From positions 1-36,650 of the forward strand of contig SVEW01000001.1 in NCBI GenBank assembly GCA_015057205.1: a stretch of 36,650 nt of DNA, in the 5' to 3' direction. The translations under genes were made by a program, and so were the position numbers. Shown here piece after piece: positions 28,186-36,623 of the stretch; within the stretch, counting starts at the first letter, position 1, and each line of letters opens with the position of its first letter. The stretch comes from Lachnospiraceae bacterium (GTDB lineage Bacteria > Bacillota > Clostridia > Lachnospirales > Lachnospiraceae). The notes beneath the pieces are model-generated. The model was given only the letters and a program-made list of their open reading frames with translations, made no database searches and was not told the DNA's origin.

Positions 28186-28222
28186 AAAATAACTCCGTAT
28201 AAGCATGGCTTATACGGAGTTT
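28186..28222. terminator. Bidirectional rho-independent terminator
   Basis: Perfect 14-bp stem AACTCCGTATAAGC / GCTTATACGGAGTT between convergent genes. Confidence 0.85.
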
Positions 28223-28231
28223 GCTCGACCT

Positions 28232-29578
28232 CTACGGTGCGGGTTCGTTAAACAGTTTCAAAAGTTCTACGCCGTCACGATAGTAGGAATAATCACCATT
28301 AGCGACGGTGTGTCCCCAATGGACTTTCTTGGTTTTATTAATGGAAAGACCACGGCCACAGAACAATTGAACATTGTGGTTCATGTCTTGATCCTTGACA
28401 TCAACACCGATGGTTGCGGTTAATAAATCCGATACATTTGAATCATTCGTCCATACTTCATATGCAGCGGCAAATTGCGTATAATCCTCTTTATCGAGAG
28501 GCTGTAGCTTGCCCCAAAAATGAAGGGCGTTACCGTTTAACTCATCGGCAGTAAGCTTAATCTCAGCGTAATCGTCATGGTAAGTTACGTTTTGACATTT
28601 TGTTGCAGTTGCAGTAGGCCAAGGCAAGGTATAAATGTAAATACCCGGTGGATATGGCTTGGAATCAAGGGTAATCCACTTATTTTGGCTCTTTGAAAAA
28701 GCAAACAACTTCATCTTACCAATGCATAGCGAGAACTCATCCGGCAATTGGGCACCATGGGTTGGATAAATGGCACCAATAGAGATGGTTTGCGTATGTA
28801 CGTCGGAGAAGGTATCAATAAAATGGCCATTATCACGCCATGCTTCTATCATGAAATCCGATCTGGATTCGGAAGGTAGATTCATGGACAAGTAGACAGG
28901 GTCGTTTAGCCATTCGGTAGGTATACGACCATCGTTTTTATCCTTCTTCCCGATACGGAAGTCAGCCCATTGCAACACACTATGGGACTGATAAGCATTG
29001 CCAACGGAATTTAATATATCGTTACGATTAAGTACTGTTGTGCTGCGTTGGTCAAAGTTCACCGTGTCAGGGGTGCTTGATGAGGAAGAAACGATTGTTT
29101 CATCGGTTGATGAATCGGATAAGCATTCCGGTTCGACATCAATCAGCTCACCTATTACACGATAACGGAAAAGGGAACTGTAGACACGGGTCCATTGAAT
29201 GGTTGTATTTTCTTTCATGTAGCGCGAGCAGTCAGGCGGAGAGCATATTAATGTTGATACCTGATCCGGCGTTAAACTGTTCGGCTTGTTACCGGGATGG
29301 TAGATTTTACCACTACCAACGTGGGAACAAAAAAGAAAAGAAATGTTTGCAGTCTTACGTGAGGTCTGATTCAAGTAGAACTCCGCTGATACTTTCTTTA
29401 GCTCAGCTAGTGGCACATCATCATCTGTAATAGTAGTGGATGACGGGTCTTCCGTAGCGTTTCTTGGATCTTCGAGATTTTTATGATAGGAAATAGAAAC
29501 ACCAAGAATTAGTGTTAGGGTCGCAAGTATAAGTAGTGCATGTGGAAACCGGAGTTTCCGAGGTTTTGAGAGTTTCAT
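28232..29578 (-). CDS. Membrane-anchored extracytoplasmic protein of unknown function (N-terminal TM, two globular regions separated by a Ser/Thr/Asp linker)
   Basis: RBS GGAGGTG before ATG 29578; basic N-terminus plus hydrophobic helix; SDSSTDETIVSSSSSTP linker; aromatic-rich C-terminal domain. Confidence 0.75.
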   Translation of the reverse strand: MKLSKPRKLRFPHALLILATLTLILGVSISYHKNLEDPRNATEDPSSTTITDDDVPLAELKKVSAEFYLNQTSRKTANISFLFCSHVGSGKIYHPGNKPNSLTPDQVSTLICSPPDCSRYMKENTTIQWTRVYSSLFRYRVIGELIDVEPECLSDSSTDETIVSSSSSTPDTVNFDQRSTTVLNRNDILNSVGNAYQSHSVLQWADFRIGKKDKNDGRIPTEWLNDPVYLSMNLPSESRSDFMIEAWRDNGHFIDTFSDVHTQTISIGAIYPTHGAQLPDEFSLCIGKMKLFAFSKSQNKWITLDSKPYPPGIYIYTLPWPTATATKCQNVTYHDDYAEIKLTADELNGNALHFWGKLQPLDKEDYTQFAAAYEVWTNDSNVSDLLTATIGVDVKDQDMNHNVQLFCGRGLSINKTKKVHWGHTVANGDYSYYRDGVELLKLFNEPAP

Positions 29579-29612
29579 TTGGTCACCTCCTATTCGAATT
29601 ACTCGTGTAATC

Positions 29613-29680
29613 ATTATACAAGATAGGAAGACGAATGTCTAGAATAAGTCCTTGAATTATGGTGACGTATGTGTTAAATT
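29613..29680. promoter_or_regulatory. Divergent sigmaA promoters
   Basis: Minus strand TAGACA-N17-TATAAT (29641..29613); plus strand TTGAAT-N17-TAAATT with TG (29652..29680). Confidence 0.55.
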
Positions 29681-29713
29681 ATTAAGAATGAATGGGGGAA
29701 GAAGGGTGTGTTT

Positions 29714-30889
29714 ATGAAGATGAGAAATAGCGTAAGAAAATATGCTGTTCACCATAAAAATAAAATTGAAAAGATTTATTGCACCATAAATAGGGTGCGA
29801 TATTATATTGAAAAACCATTTTGCCATAGAACGGTAAAGATAACAAGAGAACATGCGCAAGCTTTGTTGCAGAAGTTCTATCCGGACCCGGCTCGGAAGC
29901 TGGCGAAGGCAGAAAGCAGTTATATGGCACGGGAGAATAATAGGACGGAATACGATTTGCAGATTATTGTTCCGGCATATAATGTTGAACAATATTTGGA
30001 AGCGTGCATGGAATCTATTTTGTCACAGGAAACAAGCTATGCCTTTCAAGTTATTTTAGTAGAGGATGGTGCAACGGATTGCACGCGCGAAATTGCCAAG
30101 CGCTATACCATGAATGAGCACGTCAGAGTTGTTTTTCAAGAAAACCAGGGAGTGGCAGCTGCAAGAAATCGTGGTTTGGCACTTCTTACAGCGCCTTATG
30201 TAATGTTTGTTGATTCCGATGATATGCTTGCGCCGGGGGCAATAGAAGCTTGCATGCAGGTGGCGTATAAAGAGAACGCAGATATTGTGGAAGGAACGAT
30301 ACAACGAAAGATTGATTGTTCTTTAAGTATGTATCGGAGAGTGGATGCATACCGGATGGCGAATGCGGCGGAAGAATTAATTGGGCAGCCTTGGGGAAAG
30401 GTAATTCGTAGTAGTTTATTTGAAGAGATACGATTTCCGGAAGGGTATTGGTTTGAGGATACAATTGGTAGATTTTTGGTATATGAACTTGCAAAGAAGA
30501 CAATATTGATACCGGAGGTGGTATATGTATACCGTTTAGAGCTGTCAAGTATTTCGCAATCTTCGAAAATGAGCCGGAAATGCATCGATACCTATTGGGT
30601 TACAGCGCGGTTATTGCGAAAACGCAAGGAAATGGGAATGGCGTTTGACGCTTGTTTTTACCAAAGAGTGATGGAGCAGATTCTATTAAATGCTAAACGA
30701 GTCAAAGATATGCCAAGAGAGGTTCGGGAAGCCATTTTTGTACTTACCGGTGCGTTAGTTGAGACGTATTTTGCGCCAGAGATAAGAATGGAGTCTTCTA
30801 TATGGAAATTATTTGAATCCGGAGATTATGGGGAATATGCATTGTATTGTAAAACCCATAGTGAAGGAGCTGTTGTACAAAGGAAGTAA
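29714..30889 (+). CDS. GT2 family glycosyltransferase (paralog of 27046..28185; start 29708, 29714 or 29720)
   Basis: YDLQIIVPAYNVE, EDGATD, YVMFVDSDDM, FPEGYWFEDT. Confidence 0.9.
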   Translation: MKMRNSVRKYAVHHKNKIEKIYCTINRVRYYIEKPFCHRTVKITREHAQALLQKFYPDPARKLAKAESSYMARENNRTEYDLQIIVPAYNVEQYLEACMESILSQETSYAFQVILVEDGATDCTREIAKRYTMNEHVRVVFQENQGVAAARNRGLALLTAPYVMFVDSDDMLAPGAIEACMQVAYKENADIVEGTIQRKIDCSLSMYRRVDAYRMANAAEELIGQPWGKVIRSSLFEEIRFPEGYWFEDTIGRFLVYELAKKTILIPEVVYVYRLELSSISQSSKMSRKCIDTYWVTARLLRKRKEMGMAFDACFYQRVMEQILLNAKRVKDMPREVREAIFVLTGALVETYFAPEIRMESSIWKLFESGDYGEYALYCKTHSEGAVVQRK

Positions 30890-30916
30890 TTACCTGGTGC
30901 AACAGCTCCTTTTTTT
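30864..30916 (+). terminator. Rho-independent terminator overlapping the 3' end of the GT2 gene
   Basis: Stem AAGGAGCTGTTGTAC / GTGCAACAGCTCCTT followed by a T-run. Confidence 0.7.
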
Positions 30917-32012
30917 ATGAATGTGTTTGATAGAGAGAGCGGTATAGTGCCGTTAACTTTTGCGCTTGTGTTGCGATGTCGTATCCGGAGGATATGATTT
31001 GTTGCTTCATGTCACGTCTTTTATATCCCATGGCATCACAGATTTGAATTGCCCAATCCTTGGGCGGACGATGGATATCTAAAAAATGTATGGCGTCGGT
31101 GACACAAAGCTCCTTGGTAATTGTGGAGGAAACATAACAAGGAAGACCTGCGCACTGTGCTTCAATTCCCACAACCGGTAAGCCTTCATAGAGGGATGGA
31201 AGGACAAAGACATCCATTGCCGAGTAGTAGGCATAGGTATTTGGTATGCTTCCTGTAAAAATAACGTGATCTTGTATGCCCAAGGTAAAACTCTTCTTTT
31301 TAAGGAAGTCTAACAGTTCGCCGGTTCCGATGATTAATAGGCAAGCATTGGGTATAATAGACAAAATTTCCTTAAAAATATCCAAAAGATAGCTCTGGTT
31401 TTTTTGTTTCGTAAGACGCCCAATTGTTCCAACCACAAATTTGCCTTCAAGTTGATGCTTTAAACGAATCGAGTTTCTATGTTCCGGGTGAAAAGAAAAC
31501 CTATCGGTATCGATTGCATTTTGAATAACTTGATAATTTCTATCCCGGAACATAAAAGCGCCGGCAGCATGGCTACACGCAAACTCGTAATTACAGACAT
31601 CTTTTATATGCGCATTGCAATACGCCTTGATGGGATATTTGTAATCTTTTTGCAAGCGCGTGTTATGACTATGGGCAATGCGAACCGGGATATTATTTTT
31701 CTTCGCACCATAAAGGGAATAGTATCCCATGGATTCGTTTTGGGCATGAATAATTCTATATTCCGGGTGTGCAACGAATAATTCAGTCATGAACTGCTGG
31801 TAGCGTTGAAAATGAAATGGGTTTAGTCCGGGGGAAAAATAGAATTTTCCTCCTAAGCTACGGATTTCTTCTTCGTATGCACCGGCTGTTGGACGATTAA
31901 TCAGAAAGTCAAATTGCAATTGCTCCCGATCAATATTACGGTAATAGTTCATTAACATGGTTTCGATTCCGCCACGATTCATATCGCTGACAACTTGTAA
32001 TACACGTATCAT
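30915..32012 (-). CDS. GT4 family glycosyltransferase (EpsF/CapH-like)
   Basis: MNRGGIETMLMNYYR, RIAHSHN, GRLTKQKNQ, PSLYEGLPVVGIEAQ. Confidence 0.92.
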   Translation of the reverse strand: MIRVLQVVSDMNRGGIETMLMNYYRNIDREQLQFDFLINRPTAGAYEEEIRSLGGKFYFSPGLNPFHFQRYQQFMTELFVAHPEYRIIHAQNESMGYYSLYGAKKNNIPVRIAHSHNTRLQKDYKYPIKAYCNAHIKDVCNYEFACSHAAGAFMFRDRNYQVIQNAIDTDRFSFHPEHRNSIRLKHQLEGKFVVGTIGRLTKQKNQSYLLDIFKEILSIIPNACLLIIGTGELLDFLKKKSFTLGIQDHVIFTGSIPNTYAYYSAMDVFVLPSLYEGLPVVGIEAQCAGLPCYVSSTITKELCVTDAIHFLDIHRPPKDWAIQICDAMGYKRRDMKQQIISSGYDIATQAQKLTALYRSLYQTHS

Positions 32013-33428
32013 TTAGGACCTCGCTGTTGTATGATTTGGTAAGTTTTTGGTGTCTGCTGCTATCCATTGATTGGCATAAATAAGCGAAAACAATAACCAG
32101 TTAAAATGGTCCATGGTACCAATGGACAGAAGACATAGCAGATAGCTGAGCAATGCGAATAAGAGAGCCTTGCTTAGCTTATTCGTATTTTTAAATAGAA
32201 ATAGAAAGGCTGCAAGGTATAGCATACAAAACGCAGCCAGCCCGGTCAGGCCGCCATCGCAGATGATGCCAACATAAGCTACATCATACGTATAGGCAGG
32301 AACCCATTTACCGGGTTTATATAAATAATGGACATCGCCGCGATTTTGGGCTTTAGCACCGAGTCCAAAAAGCGGGTTTTTGTTTAATGTATAGGTTATA
32401 CCGGAAAGTTGCCAAAGCCGGGAGGACGTGCCCTTTTGGTTATCCCCAAAGCCGGCAACACCTGTTGGTGCGTCTTCATCTAAATCAAAATGGAAACCAA
32501 CTTCGTTTAGTAAGGATTTGCCGGTGCCTATATAAAAATAGCGTAAATGGGAGCTAACTGCGCTAAGAAGTATAACAATGCAAAGGGATATAGCAATTAG
32601 CTGACCGTATACTTTTACATAGTGTAGTTTACTTTCTTTTTTCTGAAAAAGGAACATAAGAATAACCATAAATCCCAGAAAAAGCAATTGTGCACGGCTT
32701 CCGGTGTGGATTACGGCAAATACATCTAATGTTAGGATAAGCAAGTAACGCTTTTCATAGTTTTTTTCATATAAATATAAAATAAGAGGAACCATTACGA
32801 CGCAATAGGTCGCAAAAAAGCTTGGGAGTCCGAAGGTCAAGTCGGCGCGCAGTAACCCAAGACGGATATAGTACTCATCCAATAGATGACGCTGCGCCAA
32901 ATAAAATAAGGAACCAACATTAAAGCGGGAAATGCTTTCGTAAATTGCAAGGGCAAAAACAAAACCGGACACGGTAATTATGGAACGAATGGCGCGCTCT
33001 ATTTTTTCATAGGTGGAGAATTGGACGCCGAGAAGGAGTAGCATCATTCCTTCTTCGAACAATACGCTTAATATGGATTTAACGGAACTGTTATAAGTCG
33101 TAACGTAGTATAGGTTCGAAATGATGCGCATAACAACGTAACCGATTACTAATTTGGAAGGCAATGAAAATGGTACAAAAAAGGTTCGGTAATTGCAGAG
33201 TGCCTTTCTGGTTTGCGGCCTTAAAAGGGTATAACAAAGCAAAATCAGGAGCATAATGCGACTTACGGAAAAAAGGGGAAGATGCTCGTTAATTTCAAAT
33301 GAAAAGTAATCAGGCAACAATGTATAGATGCTTACAAAAAGATACTCGTAAGTTTTACAATAAATACTGTATACGATTCCAAATAAGAGAATTCCCAATA
33401 TAATGACTGCAATGATAGAGTATGTCAC
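32013..33428 (-). CDS. O-antigen ligase / Wzy-like polytopic membrane protein
   Basis: Many TM segments, LRADLTFG, TGSRA, SSR, NPLFGLG; GTG start after GGAGG. Confidence 0.78.
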   Translation of the reverse strand: MTYSIIAVIILGILLFGIVYSIYCKTYEYLFVSIYTLLPDYFSFEINEHLPLFSVSRIMLLILLCYTLLRPQTRKALCNYRTFFVPFSLPSKLVIGYVVMRIISNLYYVTTYNSSVKSILSVLFEEGMMLLLLGVQFSTYEKIERAIRSIITVSGFVFALAIYESISRFNVGSLFYLAQRHLLDEYYIRLGLLRADLTFGLPSFFATYCVVMVPLILYLYEKNYEKRYLLILTLDVFAVIHTGSRAQLLFLGFMVILMFLFQKKESKLHYVKVYGQLIAISLCIVILLSAVSSHLRYFYIGTGKSLLNEVGFHFDLDEDAPTGVAGFGDNQKGTSSRLWQLSGITYTLNKNPLFGLGAKAQNRGDVHYLYKPGKWVPAYTYDVAYVGIICDGGLTGLAAFCMLYLAAFLFLFKNTNKLSKALLFALLSYLLCLLSIGTMDHFNWLLFSLIYANQWIAADTKNLPNHTTARS

Positions 33429-33441
33429 GGTAAAATGCCTC

Positions 33442-34485
33442 CTAGTTTAATAATTCGTTGGTAGTAGTTGCTTGAATGGAGTGGTGCTTCTTCTTTTTGA
33501 CGTGATGCGCATATAAAATCGCTAAAGTAATTGACAAAAGTGCGGTCACGAAAAAGCTATCGGGTCCATAGGTCTTTTTTCCATATATTAGCATGTAATA
33601 GATGCTCCAAACGTACATATGTATGAAATAAATGGTCGTACTATAGGTTCTTAAGTTGCGGTAGAGACCATTATCTTTCAAAGAAAAGTTGTTAATTATT
33701 CCAAATAGGCCGACTGCTGAAAGGATTGTCAAATAGCCTGCTAAAAAATCACTGCCGAAAAAGAAGCGAGGCAGAGAAGAAAGCAATAGCAAGGACCAGT
33801 TGAGAATAGTGGGTATTTCTTTGCGGCTTAATAGCATCCCCAGAGGGATATAGATCAGGCCGGTAAATATGCGTCCGCTTCCAATGCTATAAACAAATAG
33901 TTTTCTTATGAGTTCCGGAGGAGTATCGTAAGTGCCGTTATAATTTACATATGCTGTAATGCCAAAACAGAGAATGCTTGCCACAAGGCTCAGGACGATT
34001 AGGCCTAACGGGCGTTTGCATAGCTTCATAAAAAGCAAAATAACAAGCAGCGTATAAATGGCTGACAGCAAATACCACAAAGGCCAGGAGTTATAGTGTT
34101 CTCCCACAAAAAAGAGCCCCCGGATATATACGAGAACAGCTCTCAGCGGAGGTGTTGCCTCTTTGTAGTAATGGTAAATGGCTAATGGGGAATAGATAAT
34201 TGTCCAAACGAAATACAGTTTGACAAATTTAATGCACAGTAGTTTTATCCTTATAAAATCATTGGTGTCATAATTCCAATCCATTTTTTTCGCTAAAAGA
34301 TAACCGGAGGCTAAAAAGAAGAATGGAACTGCCATTGATACAAAAATCGTACAAAGCGTCTGCGCGTAGGTATTCGTTACATTTATTAGTGGTTGTGTAT
34401 GAATAGCGACTACGGCCAGTGACATAATGAATTTCCACAAATCCAGGCTATTATAATTTTTTTCGTTATAGTTTCTTTCCATCAT
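33442..34485 (-). CDS. Acyltransferase-3 family (polysaccharide O-acyltransferase)
   Basis: LDLWKFIMSLAVVAIH, AVPFFFLASGY, LWYL, STTIYFIH; about 10 TM segments. Confidence 0.88.
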   Translation of the reverse strand: MMERNYNEKNYNSLDLWKFIMSLAVVAIHTQPLINVTNTYAQTLCTIFVSMAVPFFFLASGYLLAKKMDWNYDTNDFIRIKLLCIKFVKLYFVWTIIYSPLAIYHYYKEATPPLRAVLVYIRGLFFVGEHYNSWPLWYLLSAIYTLLVILLFMKLCKRPLGLIVLSLVASILCFGITAYVNYNGTYDTPPELIRKLFVYSIGSGRIFTGLIYIPLGMLLSRKEIPTILNWSLLLLSSLPRFFFGSDFLAGYLTILSAVGLFGIINNFSLKDNGLYRNLRTYSTTIYFIHMYVWSIYYMLIYGKKTYGPDSFFVTALLSITLAILYAHHVKKKKHHSIQATTTNELLN

Positions 34486-34630
34486 GCGTTTCCTGCCAGC
34501 AAAATAGTATTTGATATGTTAACACTCCTAATTATATAGTAAAAATTGCCAATGTACTAGTTAATTTTAAATTCTATTAAGTGAATTTTTTTCAGAGACG
34601 GAAAAAAACGAAAAATGAAAGCTGACTTTC

Positions 34631-34668
34631 AAAATGTAACAATTTATGTAACCTTTTGGTGATATACT
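34631..34668 (+). promoter_or_regulatory. Direct-repeat promoter, copy 3: TGTAAC(34635)-N6-TGTAAC(34647)-N7-TGa-TATACT(34663)
   Basis: Same spacing and -10 as copy 2; lies 11 bp upstream of the inferred IS left end. Confidence 0.72.
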
Positions 34669-34732
34669 GACATCAGTCGCGGGTCTTTGACAGTTTGTTC
34701 AACCCTCTCGGTTCTATAACCTCAGTAAATTC

Positions 34733-34755
34733 AAGGCTTTGAGCCTTATTTTTTT
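34733..34755 (+). terminator. Terminator-like hairpin inside the IS left end
   Basis: AAGGCT-TTG-AGCCTT followed by A and T7. Confidence 0.5.
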
Positions 34756-34825
34756 GTCAAATTTTTTGTATTTTTATGTAGCGTATGTCGCGTGATTGTG
34801 GTATAATAGAGGGAGAGGTGATTAC

Positions 34826-36550
34826 ATGCGTTTAAGAATTAAGAATGATAACGGAATTGAACGACTTTATATTGAAAAATCAGTTCGAATTAGCAAGACT
34901 AAAGTTACTACACAGAACGTAGAAAAGCTTGGTCGGGTTGATGAGCTTATGAAATCCAAGGGAATGTCTCGTGACGAAGTCATTGCTTGGGCCAAACAGC
35001 GTGTTGATGAATTAAATGAATCCTCCAGTCCGCTTTTGCTTTCACTTTCACCAACAGCACCGATTTCTATGGATGAACAGCGTACATTTCGTGCTGGATA
35101 CCTGTTTTTACAGGACATTTACTATTCCATGAAGATGAAAAATATTTTTAGAAATATCGAAAAACGGCATCGTTATAAATTCGATCTTGATGCGATTACA
35201 TCAGATCTTATCTATGCTCGCATTCTTGAACCAACCAGTAAAAGGGCTTCCTACAAGGTTGCTGAGACTTTTCTCGAAAGACCCAACTACGAGGAGCATG
35301 ATATCTACCGTGGATTGAGCATTCTTGCAGAGGAACTCGATTACATACAGGCAGAAGTATACAAGAATTCGAACTTTGTTATAAACCGGAACAATCATGT
35401 GCTTTATTACGACTGTAGCAACTTTTACTTTGAGATAGAACAGGCCGATGATTTACGAAAATATGGAAAGAGCAAAGAACACCGCCCCAACCCAATCGTT
35501 CAAATGGGACTATTCATGGATGGAGATGGTATTCCCATTGCATTTAACTTATTTGACGGCGCTTCCAACGAACAGCCATCCTTGAAGCCGGCGGAAAAGA
35601 AGCTCATTCAGGAGTTCGGCTTTGACCGGTTCGTTGTTTGTACGGATGCAGGACTTGGTTCCGAAGCAAACCGAAGATTCAATGACATAAATGGACGTAG
35701 TTTTGTGGTGACCCAGTCTTTAAAAAAGTTGAAAGAAGATGAACGCCTATCAGCAATGGACAACACCAACTGGCATCGTCTTTCTGACGGAAAACCTGTC
35801 AGCAACTTTGAGGAAATCCGCAAAAATCCAGAAGAATACGCCGATGAGATTTTTTACAAAGAGCGGATACACGATGGAAACAGCGTACTTGGACAACTTA
35901 TGATTATTACTTATTCTCCGGCCTATGCACTGTACCAGAAGTTAGTTCGCCAAGCCCAGCTTGAACGAGCAGAGAAAATGATTGCATTAAAAAATGCCAA
36001 AAAGCAAAGAAAAAATCCGAATGACCCTGCTCGTTTCGTGAAAGTTACATCTGTTACTGATGACGGTGAAATTGCCCAAAAGAAACTGTATAGTCTTGAT
36101 GAAGAAGCCATTGAAAAAGAAGCTTTCTATGATGGTTTTTATGCTGTATGTACGAACCTCATTGACGACAGCGTAAAAGATATCATTTCCGTAAGTGAAG
36201 GACGTTGGAAGATTGAAGAATCGTTTCGAATCATGAAAACGGATTTTGAGTCCAGACCGGTTTACGTATCCAGAGAGGATCGAATCCGCGCACACTTCCT
36301 AACTTGCTACCTTGCCTTACTGATTTACCGTATATTGGAAAAGAAAGTCGGAAATGGCTTTACTTCCGATGAAATCATCTATACATTACGCGATTACAAT
36401 CTTCTAAAAGTAAACGGTGAGGGCTACATCCCGGAGTATAGAAGAACCCCATTAACAGACCGCTTACACGAAGTATTCGGCTTTCGTACCGATACCGAGA
36501 TTGTTCCAACAAGGAAGCTGAAATCAATCATTGCTTCTACCAAAAAATAG
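34826..36550 (+). CDS. IS1634-family DDE transposase
   Basis: YYDCSNFYFE, YGKSKEHRPNPIVQMGL, TDAGL, DGFYAVCTNL, RWKIEESFRIMK, RPVY, IRAHFLTCY; RBS GAGGTG before ATG 34826; TGgTATAAT at 34799-34807. Confidence 0.93.
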   Translation: MRLRIKNDNGIERLYIEKSVRISKTKVTTQNVEKLGRVDELMKSKGMSRDEVIAWAKQRVDELNESSSPLLLSLSPTAPISMDEQRTFRAGYLFLQDIYYSMKMKNIFRNIEKRHRYKFDLDAITSDLIYARILEPTSKRASYKVAETFLERPNYEEHDIYRGLSILAEELDYIQAEVYKNSNFVINRNNHVLYYDCSNFYFEIEQADDLRKYGKSKEHRPNPIVQMGLFMDGDGIPIAFNLFDGASNEQPSLKPAEKKLIQEFGFDRFVVCTDAGLGSEANRRFNDINGRSFVVTQSLKKLKEDERLSAMDNTNWHRLSDGKPVSNFEEIRKNPEEYADEIFYKERIHDGNSVLGQLMIITYSPAYALYQKLVRQAQLERAEKMIALKNAKKQRKNPNDPARFVKVTSVTDDGEIAQKKLYSLDEEAIEKEAFYDGFYAVCTNLIDDSVKDIISVSEGRWKIEESFRIMKTDFESRPVYVSREDRIRAHFLTCYLALLIYRILEKKVGNGFTSDEIIYTLRDYNLLKVNGEGYIPEYRRTPLTDRLHEVFGFRTDTEIVPTRKLKSIIASTKK

Positions 36551-36579
36551 TTCCGACGCTACATTCTTAAACATCATAA

Positions 36580-36623
36580 AAAACTGCAGCAGCCCTTGTA
36601 TTTACTGGGGTTACTGCAGTTTT
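36580..36623. terminator. Hairpin/terminator downstream of the transposase
   Basis: AAAACTGCAG(C)AGCCC ... GGGTT(A)CTGCAGTTTT. Confidence 0.65.

Noticed and set aside
28232-34485. Minus-strand genes as foreign DNA because their products look richer in His/Thr/Ser/Leu
   Set aside because: By eye the + strand stays G-rich through them, so replication-strand skew is a sufficient explanation; not quantified.
571-34668. TGTAAC boxes as ECF-sigma (SigX/SigW-like) -35 elements or CcpA cre sites
   Set aside because: No CGT/CGWC -10 lies 16-17 bp downstream in the copies checked. The boxes are direct repeats, not the cre palindrome, and a sigmaA-type extended -10 is conserved instead.
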